Part shown: piece after piece, positions 25,778 to 38,607 of the stretch
Layout of the letters: each line of letters opens with the position of its first letter
Numbering within the stretch: the stretch's first letter is position 1
Source of the DNA: Octopus sinensis
Taxonomy: Eukaryota
Length of the DNA stretch: 64,000 nt
NCBI RefSeq assembly: GCF_006345805.1
Contig: NC_043009.1
Coordinates: 54,932,001 to 54,996,000 of the forward strand
Direction of reading: 5' to 3'
Program-made: the position numbers and the translations under genes
The notes under the pieces: generated by a model
Seen by the model: only the letters and a program-made list of their open reading frames with translations
The model's database searches: none
Told to the model about the DNA's origin: nothing

Positions 25778-26078
25778 CATGTAAAAAGCACCATCCGATT
25801 GTAGCCGTTGCCAGCCTCGTCTGGCCTCCGTACCGGTGGCACATAAAAAGCACCATCCGATCGTGGCCGTTTGCCAGCCTTGTCTGGCACCTGTGCAGGT
25901 GGCACATAAAAAGCACCCACTACAATCTCGGAGTGGTTGGCGTTAGGAAGGGCATCCAGCTGTACAAACACTGCCAGATCCGACTGGGCCTGGCGCAGCC
26001 TTCTGGCTTCCCAGACCCCAGTTGAACAGTCCAACCCATGCTAGCATGGACAACGGACGTTAAACAATGATGATGATG
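25778..26078 (+). mobile_element. Family C element (array units, body, (TGA)n tail)
   Basis: Units with GGTGGCACATAAAAAGCACC, body GGAGTGGTTGGCGTTAGGAAGGGCATCCAGCTG, tail CATGCTAGCATGGA...CGTTAAACAATGATGATG. Confidence 0.85.
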
Positions 26079-26697
26079 AAACCAACAACATTCAATTCTA
26101 AGACCTCCATCTCAGAATCAGCAGTACCATTCAAATATTGTAGAGTCCCTTTATCTTATAGATATTCTTGCATACTTTCTCTTCAAAAGATTTGTAATCA
26201 GCACAGTGTGTATACATTAAATATATTACATTACACATGCACACACACACACACATAAACACACACACACACATTAGCGTTGAACAAAATATTTGCAACT
26301 GAATTTAGTAGAAAACAATTTTTCTAAATCACATCGATAAACAAAACTTCTTTTCTCTTCTATTTTGATAATTTTTCGTTTTCCTCTGCCAGTGTGAAAT
26401 TTCATCCCTCCCTACTCACATGAGAAAGATATTAATTTCTACACATGAATTACTTCTCTTTTAATATAACCACCGTTCAACCATGAAGAGGGCATAACTT
26501 ATCAGGTGACAAGGGATAATCACTAGAATCAGTAAGCTTAATCATGGTCTGCTACTTCTGTAGGAATCAAAGCATAAACAGAAATATCAACAGAAAAAAA
26601 AGTATATTAAATGTCTAAATGTGTTATTATTGATAATAAGATTATCATTTCTCCAACTATTAATATTATCTTTGGAGATGAAATCAGTTTAATATTT

Positions 26698-27065
26698 ATA
26701 GGCATGGCTGTGTTGTTAATAAGCTTGCTTTGCAACTACATGGTTTCAGGTTCAGTCCCACTGTAGAGCAGCTTGGGCAAGTATCTTCTGCTATAGCTCT
26801 GGGCTAACTAATGCTTTGTGAGTGAATTTGGTACACGGAAACTGTGTGGAAACCTATGTGTGTGTGTGTGCATGTGTTCCCCACCCTACCACCTTGACAA
26901 CCTATGTTGGTTTGTTTACATACCCATAACTTAGCAGTTTGACAAGAGAGATTAATAGGTTATTAAGTACCAGACTTTAAGAAAAAACAAGCATTGGGGT
27001 TAATTTGTTTGACCAAACCCTTCAAGGCATGCCCCAGCATAGCTGCAGTCCAATGACTGAAACTA
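26698..27065 (+). mobile_element. Family A CORE-like SINE, diverged
   Basis: Head and tail motifs as in the reference copy. Confidence 0.75.
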
Positions 27066-28924
27066 GTAAGGGGGCACAAGAAAATATTTCTACAGTTCAA
27101 CCAGACTGGTCTCTGATTACCTTCCTGTGCATGATGTACACATCCAGGAATTAGTCACCTGTTGACAATCCAAGATCAAAATGATTAAAACTCAGTTTTG
27201 ATGTAAATATTTAAAATGCTTGTTTTTAAAGCTGAATTTAATGGGATGAAAAATTATAAGTCTTAGAAGACTGTTACTGTTGTTTAGTCATAAGTTAGCC
27301 CTTTCTCAGCTCAAGAGACCTATGATGAAAGCCTCAACCCTCCTGCCTTTTTAAGAGTACACAGACCTACATTATTTAACGTGTCCTTTATTTAAGACAG
27401 GAGGATGCTTTGACATAAGATGGTTGGACATGGCTGACTGGACACTGATGAACTGGCACAGCCAACTGGACATTCAATCTGTTTTGGTGACAGTACATTT
27501 TGGCACCAGAGGCAAACACACAAACACACATGCACAAGCATGCAAAAATATTTTCACACAGACAGAGACAGGGAGAGACATTCAAATGTATTAGATGAAC
27601 CTGATTAACATAGACTTTCTCTCTCCTCATACACATAAATACACATAAAGAGAAATATGGCTGTGTTGTTGTTAATAAGTTTGCTTTGCAACCAGATTCA
27701 GTCCCACATACATACATAAACAGACAGACAGACAGACAAAGACAGAGAGAGAGACAGACAGAGAAGGACAGAGAGAGAGAGGGAGATATTAAAATGTCTG
27801 CTGTCAAATAAGTTAGTGTAGAATCAGCGACACCAAATAGGTGGTGGCACCATATCCGAATGATTTGATGGAAATTCAGCAGCTATTTCTAGTAGGCCGA
27901 ATGACGGTGTAGAGGCTCCATTGCTGGTTTATAATTTTAAAAGATGCATATGTCAATGCGTCTTAAGACGGTGGAGAAATTAATGGCAGCAGACTGAAAG
28001 GACGCACAATATAATAATTGTGATTACATGACTTGAGTTTCTTAACCAATGCATATTTCCATTATTACTTCAACTTTACAACCACTTCAGCAACGAAATT
28101 TCACAAGTTTGATATTCCTTCCAGCAATATCTCTTTTTACATAGTTTAATGGAATTTTGTCTTCAATAATATTTTTTTTTCTTTTTAAAGAGAATTTCTT
28201 TAAAAAAAAAAAAAAAAAAATTCACACTGGATGAATAATAATTATCATTGCCTTGTCTGGTCTTATGCAAAATTATATAAATTTGAGACTTGTGGCATTT
28301 ATTATAATAGTAGGTGTGTCAGAATACATGATTAAAGCAAAAAGCTTTAAAAGTGGTTACATCAGCCATTTTTTTTCAAAGTGAAGGGCAGGAGGAGGGG
28401 GAGAAAGAGGAAGGTGGGATGAGAAGGGGGAGAGAAAGAGGATGAAGAATGATTCTTAAAAAAATTGAATATTCAATTTAAATGTCTTTTAAATTTAAGT
28501 ACCAAGTACTATGAGTGGGTTGTTACAAATTATTGATCAAGTCAAGTTAATTATTTACAATCAATTGCACCAAGTTTACTCGGCAAAATATAATAAAGAT
28601 ATTTTTTTGTTTTTGCTTCTTTTTTTTTTGTCCCCCCCCCCCACTCAAAACTAGGCATTGCGTATGTGTTAAGTGAAACAAGTATAAATGACTGATTTGC
28701 TCCCAAATGTATTACAAGTACTTATTTCACTGACCCTAGAGGAATGAAATGCAAAACCTGACCTCAGTGCATTAGAAGCATTAACTAGGAGAGGGAATGA
28801 AATACAAAAACTATGTTCAACATGATCGCTTGACAAAACAAAAATAATCAAAATAAGTAATGCAAAGTATGTAAGTGCATTTGCTACTGTACTTTACTCC
28901 AGCTAAAACAAAAACATAACAGTT

Positions 28925-29268
28925 TCTTTGGTAAGAAGATTGCTTCCCAACCACATGGTTCTAGGTTCAGTCCTAATGCATGGCACCTTGGGCAAGTGTT
29001 TCCTATTGTAGCCTCAGACCAACCAAAGCCTTGTGAGTGGATTGGGTAGACAGAAACTGAAAGAAGTCTGTCGTGTGTGTATGTATATATATATATGTAA
29101 AAAGCACCCACTACACTCACGGAGTGGTTGGCGTTAGGAAGGGCATCCAGCTGTAGAAACATTGCCAGATTAGACTGGAGCCTGGTGCAGCCTTCTGGCT
29201 TCCCAGAACCCCGGTCGAACCGTCCAACCCATGCTAGCATGGAGAACGGACGTTAAACGATGATGATG

Positions 29269-29299
<31 letters not shown>

Positions 29300-29500
29300 T
29301 ATGTGTGTGTCTTTGTATTTGTTTGTCCCTCACCAACCCTTGACAACCAGTGTTGGTGTGTTCATATCTCTGTAACTTAGCAGTTCAGCAAAAGAGACCA
29401 ATAGGCTTAAAAGATAAATTCTGGGGTCGGTACATTCAACTAAAAATTCTTCAAGGTGGTGCCATAGCATGGCCACAGTCTAATAACTGAAACAAGTAAA
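28925..29500 (+). mobile_element. Family A SINE interrupted by a family C element (29099-29270)
   Basis: A head 28925-29075, C body with (TGA)n tail, then A 3' half to 29500; the C copy sits in the internal TA/TG microsatellite. Confidence 0.8.
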
Positions 29501-30190
29501 ATATAGATGATAAAAAAGAGAATTATTAAAGGAAACTATTAGTGGCACAATCTATTGTCAATGATTTCATTAATTATTTCACATTAGAATATACCTATAT
29601 AATGATAGTAATTAATAATTAGTTACAACTGTATAATATCCACAACTTGCAAGCTTGGCTTTGTGATTAAGAGGGTCGCTTCTCATCCACATGGTTTCAA
29701 GATTAGTTGCATTGCACAGCACCTTTGTCAAATGTCTTCTATTATGGGCCCCAAGTCAACTTGTGCCTAGTGAGTGAATCTGGAAGATAGAAACTGTATA
29801 AAGCCAGTTGTGTGTGTGTTTGTGTGTACTTATGCAGGAACATGGGGCTTAGTGAATGTTCTTTTCTTCAAACAATGTCACCATCCATGAATGGTGAATT
29901 ACAAATGTTGAAGTTTCTTAATTCCTTGTCAAGAAATCATTTGATAGCTCTGCACTTTTGAAGATGTGTGGTATAAAATTCCCACTCTATTATTTGAAAA
30001 ACAAGTAAGGGTTAGTGACAGGAAGATGCATCCAGGCGTAAGACAAAGCTTCACAAATAGGAAACTGAATTTTAGGCTTTAATGTGTACAAATAAACCAA
30101 AATCATCCATTGATAGACATTTTGAGGTTTCTGGCTAAGTTATGCTAAAGCAGCTTTCCTAAAGACATACATGTCTGGGCAAAGAGTAAA

Positions 30191-30562
30191 GGCCCTCTTT
30201 GGTCATGACTGACCATGGGATCATACCTAGAAAGTTACCCTCCTAGGCACAAGTCTGGGTACAGTTGTTTATGGAAGACCAGCAGTCACCAATGTGCACT
30301 AGCCTCCGCTCTCCATGCCACTGATGTTATACAAGGGAAAGACAAAGGCCAATACAGCATGGCACCAGTGATGTTGCAACTCATTTCTACAAATGAGTGA
30401 ATTGGAACAATGTGAAATGAAGTGTCTGGCTCAAGTGTCGGGAGGGAAGGTTGGTATGCATGGGTGACTGCTGGTCTTCCATAAACAGCCTTGCCCATGC
30501 TTGTAATTCAGAGGGTAATTTTCTAGGTGCAACCCCATGGTCATTCATGACTGAAGAGGGTC
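30191..30562. mobile_element. Unclassified repeat present as an inverted pair (arms about 30191-30314 and 30439-30562)
   Basis: Right arm reverse complement matches left arm (CCCTCTT...GACCATGGG...CCTAGAAA...GTTTATGGAAGACCAGCAGTCACC) at roughly 75-80%. Confidence 0.75.
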
Positions 30563-31387
30563 ATTATACATACATGTCTACACAGCATAATAACAATAGT
30601 AACTGTTTATAATTTAAACACAAGACCAGCAATTTGGAGTGGGTTAATTAAATCAATTGACTCCAAAACTTGATTTGTACTTTATTTTACTAATCCCGAA
30701 AGGACGAAAGGCGAAGTTGATTTCAACAGGATTTGAACTCACATAACTTAAACAGTCAAAATGAATACCATAAAACATTCATTTTACGACATTCAAACCC
30801 TTCTATCCAAGGCCAGCAATTTTAGGGAGACAGGGATTAGTCATTTAAAGTTACTTCAAGATTTAACTGCTACTGTTTTATCAACCCTGAAGGGATGAAT
30901 GGCAAAGTTGACCTCAGAGGATTTGAACTCAGAACATTTAGAGCTGGAACAAATATTGCAAAGTAATTTGACTGATGATCTAATAATTCCACCAGTTCAT
31001 TGCACTAAAGAATAATTATGAAGATCATGATGATGATAACGACAGTAGTCATGACGGAGGTGGTGGTGGTGGCAGTGGTGATGATGATGGTGGCGGTGGT
31101 GATGATTTCTATATTTTTTTACATGGTTTCTTTATTTTAAAAATGACAATAATTTCAAAATAATAATGATAATAATAATGAAAATAATGTTAGCTAGTCT
31201 AATTAATGAAAAGTAATTAATAAAAACAAACAAAGAAAATTATTTACATTTTCTCGTTACTAAGTTCTGAAACCATATCCAAACAATTTTAATTAAGTTA
31301 TTCTGTCTTCTGAAAAACAATTCTTTTTTTTTAAATTGTGTTTAAAAATGTCATTGTAAATAATGAACATTTATAATTAAATTTTAT

Positions 31388-31388
<1 letters not shown>

Positions 31389-31445
<57 letters not shown>
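31389..31445. repeat. (CT)n microsatellite
   Basis: Direct reading. Confidence 0.98.
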
Positions 31446-31449
<4 letters not shown>

Positions 31450-31559
31450 TCCTTTGTCTCTTTCGGATATGTAAACTATGATGATATTGTAAAGAATATA
31501 TAAATTGAAATAGATATCTTTAAAAAAGAAATAAAAAAAAAAAGCATTACCACAAAAAG

Positions 31560-31800
31560 ACATGAAATCATCATCATCATTCCAATCATCAGCATCGTCA
31601 CCCTCATTATCATCATTACCATTGCCATCATCACTGCCATTGTCATTCTAATCACCATCATCAATACCATCGTCGTCATCATTATCATCTTCATCAACCC
31701 CTTCCTCCTCTTCATTATCATCACCGTTGTCATCATTATTGTTATCATCATCCACTTCATCGTCATCGTCACAATCAGTAGTAGTAGTAGTAGTAGTAAT
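31560..31800. repeat. Degenerate (CAT)n/(AGT)n low-complexity tract
   Basis: Direct reading; explains the Met/Ile-rich ORF 31476-31889. Confidence 0.9.
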
Positions 31801-32147
31801 CGCAATAGTATTAGAGATGGCAAAATTGCCAGAGTGATAGTAACTGTTTTACAGTTTTTAGTTGTGTCTCTTAACATAAATGGGTTCAAATCTCACTGGA
31901 GTTGATTCTTCCTTTCATTTTTCTAAGGTAAATACAACAAGTACCAGCCATATACATGGGAACAATTGAAATTGATTGTTGTTGCTTCTGAGTTGTGCTA
32001 GCTTGCTTTTCTGATGAGCAAAATGGACACAACTTGATAAATGATCATCGAAATGGCACAGGAAATATTCTCCCATGAATAGGCATATTTCCAAGGAACA
32101 CTGGAATCAAGGGATGTCACTTATATGATGGTGATGCTCATCTATAG

Positions 32148-32377
32148 GTGGCGAGCTGGTAGAAACGTTAGCGCGCCAGGCGAAATGCTTAGTGGTATTT
32201 CGTCTGCCGTTACGTTCTGAGTTCAAATTCCGCCAAGGTCGACTTTGCCTTTCATCCTTTCGGGGTCAATTAAATAAGTACCAGTTACACACTGGGGTCA
32301 ATGTAATTGACTTAATCCGTGTGTCTGTCCTTGTTTGTTCCCTCTGTGTTTAGCCCCTTGTGGGTAGTAAAGAAATA
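32148..32377 (+). mobile_element. Family B SINE, full-length, young
   Basis: 18-bp TSD GGTGATGCTCATCTATAG at 32130-32147 and 32378-32395; A-box TGGTAGAAACG, B-box GAGTTCAAATTCC. Confidence 0.95.
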
Positions 32378-33229
32378 GGTGATGCTCATCTATAGCTATC
32401 CTGTGACATCAAGATAAGAGGAAACACACACACGCATACATATATGACAGGGTTCTTTTGGTTTCTGCTTTCCAAATCCATCCATAAGGCTTTTGTGGTT
32501 CAGGGTTATAACAGAAGACAATTGCCCAAAGTGCTATGCAGTGGGACTGCAAATAAACTACACTGTCAAGAAAAAAATTTCTTAACTGTACTGCCATACA
32601 TGTTCTTACATTAGAAATCTGGCAGAAAATAGGTGGTCAATTTAGCAGGGAATGAAAGTACCTTACAGTATTTAGATGTCTCTTCAAATTTTGGGGTTCA
32701 AAACCTGCAAAGATTGGACATAATTTCTTCTTTCAAGAGAGTTTGATAGCGTAAGTGCCAATCAAATATTTGCATAAATTTTATTGTTTGTTCCATCCTT
32801 CCAAACATATGACATTTTGCAAAAGGTTATCAGAAAACAACAACACCTGCTGCTGCCACCAACACCACCAGGACATCTCTTGAGGACTCCCACCAGAAAT
32901 GTTAACCACGATTACTCCACACAACACACCTACATATTCCTCTTCGGCACATACTTCCTAATGAATTTGTGCCTACATAAGCAATAGTCACTCTACCAGG
33001 TCTAGTGAGTCTAAGCTAAAAGACTAAAGAAAAGCTTGGAAGAAAGAGAAGACAGGTGTCAAAAACATGACAGACAAAGCTCACTTGTCAATGAAACTAC
33101 ATAAGACATTTTTAGAAATTTTTTTGTTAACCACTGAAAGTATATCTACATTGTTAAATTCTAATAAATAGGATTATTGGATAAAAAAAAAATTAAAATA
33201 AGATTAAACTATTCTTTTAGAATTTACTT

Positions 33230-33722
33230 AGTTCTTTAGCATTTAAACGTGCCATATCTGGCAAAAATAGTCTACCTGTTTTATGTTCAGACTGTCTAGA
33301 CCTGGCCTTTCACACTTACCCAACAATGTCATTGCAAAAATAAACAACTGCATCATTGAAATCTTGAATCTATGAGATAAAGCATGATTAATTCAAAACC
33401 ATGTGAATATCGTTGCCAGTGCCACTGAACTGGCTCCTGTGCTGGTAGCATGTAAAAAAACACCATTTGAGCATGGCTGTTGCCAGTACCGCTTGACTGG
33501 CACGTAAAAGCACCCACTACACTCTCTGAGTGCTTGGCGTTAGGAAGGGCATCCTGCTGTAGAAACTCTGCCAGATCAAGATTGAAGCCTGGTGTAGCCA
33601 TCTGGTTCGCCAATCCTCAGTCAAACTGTCCAACCCATGCTAACATGGAAAGTGGACATTAAACGATGATGATGATGATGATGATGAATATTTGACAGAA
33701 TAATCTGAATGCTAATGTGTTA
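33230..33722. mobile_element. piggyBac-type MITE (family of 25443) split by a family C element (about 33405-33685)
   Basis: TTTAGCATTTAAAC start and TGACAGAATAATCTGAATGCTAA end flank a C copy with (TGA)n tail. Confidence 0.7.
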
Positions 33723-34281
33723 GCCTTCACCTAATTCTCTTGTAAATACCCAAACACACTCATACCTAGACACACACATACATACACACAAAGATACCAA
33801 GTATAAGAACTACTACTCCTCAGTAACTGTAAATTCCTATCATTGCCTTTATCTATTTATATTTTTATTTATTTTGCTGGGAACAAAGTCAACAAATTAA
33901 ACTAGCCAAGACTGAATAAAACAATCTGGAATGACCAAGAATTAGACTGATCCAAAAAGGCATCAATATCGACAATAACAAGAACAGCAGCAACAATAAT
34001 TGCAGGTAACTCAGAGATTTAAACATAGTATAAATGCATCTCTCTCCCTCTCACACACACACTCCAGTTATAGTAACTTGTTTAACATTTGAGATAACAT
34101 ACACTTAATTACATCAGTCTATCTATCAAACTATCTGTCAATCCATCAATATATCCATCTGTCATTTTATCTGTCTCTCAATCTATATCACTATCAGCTC
34201 TGTTGAGCAGTCTATCTGTATATTTGTCAGTCTGTCTATCAGTTTACTCATCCATTTCTCTAGCTATAGATATTTATTATT

Positions 34282-34318
<37 letters not shown>

Positions 34319-34470
34319 GGCAATGAATTGGCAGACAAAATGTTTAGCAGCATTTCATCGGCCTTTACATTCTGATTTCAAATTCTACCAAGGTTGACTT
34401 TGCCTTTCATCCTCCCAGGGACTTTCATTGACTGGGGTCGATGTAAGCAACTTACCCTCTCCCCTAAACT

Positions 34471-34680
34471 TACGTAATTTATGGAGCGTTAGGGTTAATT
34501 AAAAAGGGCCTTGATAAGCAGCTCAACAAACTCCCTTGCAGTGTTAATGTGGGAGAACTTCAGAAAATAGTGTTGCTAGGTTCCACACACATTTTATGCC
34601 ATGTACTCTCCATGAGATGAGGACCTGCTGTGACCCTAGGGTTAAGGGATGACCCCAGTTCAGCAGAAGACAATGGACCA
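34471..34680 (+). mobile_element. R4/Dong-clade LINE extreme 3' end
   Basis: GALGLIKKGLDKQLNKLPCSVNVGELQKIVLLGSTHILCHVLSMR* (34483-34620), the usual C-terminus after the R4 restriction-like endonuclease; followed by (GGA)/(GAA)n. Confidence 0.8.
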
Positions 34681-34690
34681 TATTTTATTG

Positions 34691-34755
34691 GAGGAGGAGG
34701 AAGAAGAAGAAGAAGAAGAAGAAGAAGGAGGAGAAGGAGGAGGAGGAGAAGAAGA
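34691..34755. repeat. (GGA)n(GAA)n microsatellite
   Basis: Direct reading. Confidence 0.95.
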
Positions 34756-34989
34756 TCAACAACAAGGCAGCGAGTTGGCAAAATAGTTAGCATGCCAGAC
34801 AAAATGCTTAACAGCATTTCTTTTGGCTTTTTGTCCTGAGTTTAAATGTTGTTGAGGTCAACTTTGCCTTTTATCTTTTTTGGGTCACTGAAATAATAAG
34901 TACCAATTAAGCACTGAAATCATTGTAAGCAATTAACCCATTCCACTAAAAATTTCAGGCTTTCTACCATTTAAAAAAAATTTTTTAAT

Positions 34990-35425
34990 TTAAAGTTTCA
35001 GCTCAGAGCTGCGGCCATGCTGATGCACCGCCGTTTTGCGCTACACTGTTATTACTAGGAGCCTCCTCCAATATGTGGCACTTGATGAAGAATGGAGTTT
35101 GATATAGCTACCCTCATTTGCATCTCTTGCCGTGAGGTAGGCTCATCTGGGACTCTCGACAGGAAGAGGTCCAGCTTTGATTTAAAAACCCCTACATCTA
35201 CTTTATGAAAGTTCCTCAGACTCTTTGGGAGAATATTAAAAAGCTGTGGGCCCTTGAAACCCAGGCTGTTGCAGTAACTGGTCCTTAAGCATGATGGCAT
35301 TGCTGGGATCTTTGGCACCATGCAGTGTCATCCCATTCTGGCATTGGTGTAGCTTTCAATGCCAAACTTTGGCACAATTCCTTCCAGGATCTTCCAGATA
35401 TATATTACTGCATACCTCTCCCATT
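34990..35425 (-). mobile_element. CR1/L2-superfamily LINE 3' end (Crack/Daphne-like ORF2 C-terminus plus short 3' UTR)
   Basis: ERYAVIYIWKILEGIVPKFGI...G*HCMVP...NSLGFKGPQLFNILPKSLRN...FKSKLDLFLSRVPDEP...SNSILHQ, stop at 35055; one internal TGA, probably from CGA; sub-clade is my inference. Confidence 0.85.
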
Positions 35426-35436
35426 AGTTTGCCAGC

Positions 35437-35637
35437 TCCATCTGGCACCTGTGCGGGTGGCACGTAAAAAGCACCCACTACACTCAGGGAGTGGTTGGTG
35501 TTAGGTAGGGCATCCAGCCGTAGAAACACTGCCAGATCAGACTGGGCCTGATGCAGCCTTCTGGCTTCACAGACCCCAGTTGAACAGTCCAACCCATGCT
35601 AGCATGGAAAGCGGACACTAAATGATGATGATGATGA
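35437..35637 (+). mobile_element. Family C element
   Basis: Body and (TGA)n tail as in other copies. Confidence 0.85.
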
Positions 35638-35916
35638 ATATTATTATTATTATTGAGCTGGCAAAATTGTTAGCATCCTGGATGAAATGCTTAGTAGTAT
35701 TTTGCCTGTCTTTATGTTCTGAGTTCAAATTCTGCTAAGGTCGACTTTACCTTTCGTCCTTTCGGGGTTGATAAATTAACTAAGAAAAAAAAAAATTATC
35801 ATTTTTTTTCTGTTTATGTATATAGACATACATCAATCACCACCTGCTCATGTGTGTCTCAGTATTTGTGTGATTTTGTATAATTATCACTGAAAATTTA
35901 TTGAAATTACTTGTAC

Positions 35917-36119
35917 ATATCACGTGTGCATGTTTTTGTTTTCTTATTGTGTTATATTTAATTGGTTTAATATGGTGGGGTTGCACTCATGATCTTTGCA
36001 AGCCTTTCTTGGCTGCTATATCACGTGTGCATGTTTTTGTTTTCTTATTGTGTTATATTTAATTGGTTTAATATGGTGGGGTTGCACTCATGATCTTTGC
36101 AAGCCTTTCTTGGCTGCTA
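35917..36119. repeat. Perfect 101-bp tandem duplication
   Basis: ATATCACGTGTGCATG...CTTTCTTGGCTGCT at 35917-36017 and 36018-36118; no mismatch seen. Confidence 0.95.
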
Positions 36120-36489
36120 ACAAACATCAACATGGTTACTGTCCCTCTCGAACAGTTTTAAGTTGATGGCTGCAGGAAAACATGTGTGAAGGAGGACACT
36201 GTATGAAACTAAGTTACAGGAGAGTAAGAACAGCATATTGCAATTAGTGTGAGGTATAATGGTAGGGGCAAAATATGTGAAGGCACACTTCGCTAATGTT
36301 TGTGTGTTTTGGTCACTGGATTGTTGCCTGGCTGGAGCACTACCTAGAATGGTCTTGGCCAAACAAATTGACACCAATGCATACTTCTTAAGTCTGATAT
36401 TTATTCAGATAGCCCCTTTTACTGAACCATTAAGTTATAGAGATGTGAACATATACATACATACATACATGTATATATGTGTGTATATA

Positions 36490-36875
36490 TATTCTTTTAT
36501 TTGTTTCAGTCATTTGACAGGAGCCATGCTGGAGCACCACCTTTAGTGAAACAAATCAACCCCAGGACTTATTCCTTCTAAGCCTATTACTTATTCTATC
36601 CTTCTCCTTATTCAGACTGCTAAGTTACAGGGACATAAACACATTGACACCAGTTGCCAAGCGATGGTGGGGGGACAAACACAGACACACAAACATATAT
36701 TATATATATACATACACAACGGGCTTCTTTCAGTTTCCATCTACCAAATCCACTCACAAGGCTTTGGTCAGCCCGAAGCTATAGTAGAAGACATTTGACC
36801 AACGTACCATGCAGTGGGACTGAACCCAGAACCATGTGGTTGGGAAGCAAGCTTCTTACCACATAGCCATGCCTA
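36490..36875 (-). mobile_element. Family A CORE-like SINE
   Basis: Reverse complement matches the reference copy. Confidence 0.85.
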
Positions 36876-37829
36876 TATATATATATATATATATAATATA
36901 TATAGGCAGGCAGGCAGATAGATAGACAGACAGACAGATAGATAGATATAGATATATACACACACATACATACATACATACATACTCAATGGGCTTCCAC
37001 ATATTATCCATCAACCAAATTCACTCACAAAGTATTAATTGACCTGAGATTATAGCAGAAGGCATTTGCCCAAAGTGCTGCACGGTAGGACTGAACCCCA
37101 AATGACATATTTGCAAAGCAAACTACTTGGCTGTAAGTATGTATTTGTACGTATACTTTAATAAATATTGCACATACATGTTTAAATGATATGAGTAATG
37201 GATTGGAGTAATGCATATTTTGTATGCATGAAGTAGGAACTCTACATAAATGTGTATTTCTTTTTATGTATACGCCAAGAGCATATATGTGAGACTATAC
37301 GTGTTTGTGTGTGTGTGTGTGTGTATGTGTATTATGTGATCATAGTTTTCATACGTAAATGCGTGCTTCAGTGTGCAAGCAAATACCAGTCTATCTTACA
37401 CGCTCATACAGGCAAGCATGCACGCAGTTGCATTTGCTAACAGCTGTCAAAGCTGAGTCACTCAGTTCCTTCTTTTATACACACACACACACATATATAT
37501 ATATAGCAATATTGATTGCCTTCTTGAGCACAAGACCCTTCTTTTATGCAGAAAGGCAGCAGCATTCTTCCATATAGAAAAGCAGGCAACCACATTAAAC
37601 TCCACCACACTGCTCACAAGACACAGCAGTTCATACCAAAGCAGAGAGGTTTGTTTATAGTTTGTCAAACACATCAACAAACAGTAGCAGCAATAACAAG
37701 ACACTGTATCACATTTAGCTAATTAAGCCATGACCGACCACCACCCACTAAATTACCGCTAAGGCTTGTAAATTACTCCTCCAAGACCCTGCTAAGTAAT
37801 TAAATATTGCACGATAGGAGTGGGGAGAA

Positions 37830-38155
37830 TAGATAGACAGACAGACGGATATACAAGCAGACAGACGGCCAGAGCAATGGATGGATGGATGGATAAATGG
37901 ACGAATGGAAAATAAGCCAGATAAAGAGACAGAATATAGAGAGACAGACAAAGAGATATAGACAGAGACATAGATGGATGGATAGAGAATGGATGGATGG
38001 ATGGGCAAACAGATAAACAAATGGATAGAGAGAGAGAGAGAGAGAGAGAGAGTGGAGTAAAAGAAAGACAGACAGACAGAGACATATAGATATATGGATG
38101 TAATGATTTATAAAAGAGAAATGAATAAAAACATAGAGAGAGATAGATGGATAGG

Positions 38156-38253
<98 letters not shown>

Positions 38254-38330
38254 GACAGATAGACAGACGGATAGATGGGATGATGAATAGATAGACAGAT
38301 AAATGAACAGATTGACAGACAGAAAGATGC
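37830..38330. repeat. Compound (GATA)/(GACA)/(GGAT)/(GA)n microsatellite tract
   Basis: Direct reading. Confidence 0.95.
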
Positions 38331-38592
38331 ATGGCTAGAAATCTATTACATACATGGAACCAAGTAACATATGGTAAAAATAGGACAGATTAGTAATAGT
38401 GGTCACGATATAATTAAAGAATAACAGCAGGAAAAGAAAAAAAGAAAACAGCAACAACAAAAGATAAAAACAAAACTAATCATATCAGAAGCAGGTAGGC
38501 AGCTAGTTAATGGTATTATTAGTACCAACATTTGGAAGCGGATTCTCCCCAAACCCATATCCTTAACAGAGAAATAGTGGCCATTACTTTAC

Positions 38593-38607
38593 CTTTTTCT
38601 CCTCGAC
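38593..38607 (-). CDS. Candidate 15-nt symmetric microexon
   Basis: Minus strand ...TTGCCAATTGTATAATGTTTCTACAG|GTCGAGGAGAAAAAG|GTAAAGT; no stop in any frame; TE-free flanks. Confidence 0.3.

Noticed and set aside
32030-32075. CTGATGA...GAAA on the plus strand
   Set aside because: The intervening sequence forms no stem II; chance match.
32660-32707. Apparent 38-nt minus-strand exon (GFEPQNLKRHLNT)
   Set aside because: It aligns with a decayed SINE-B B-box region.
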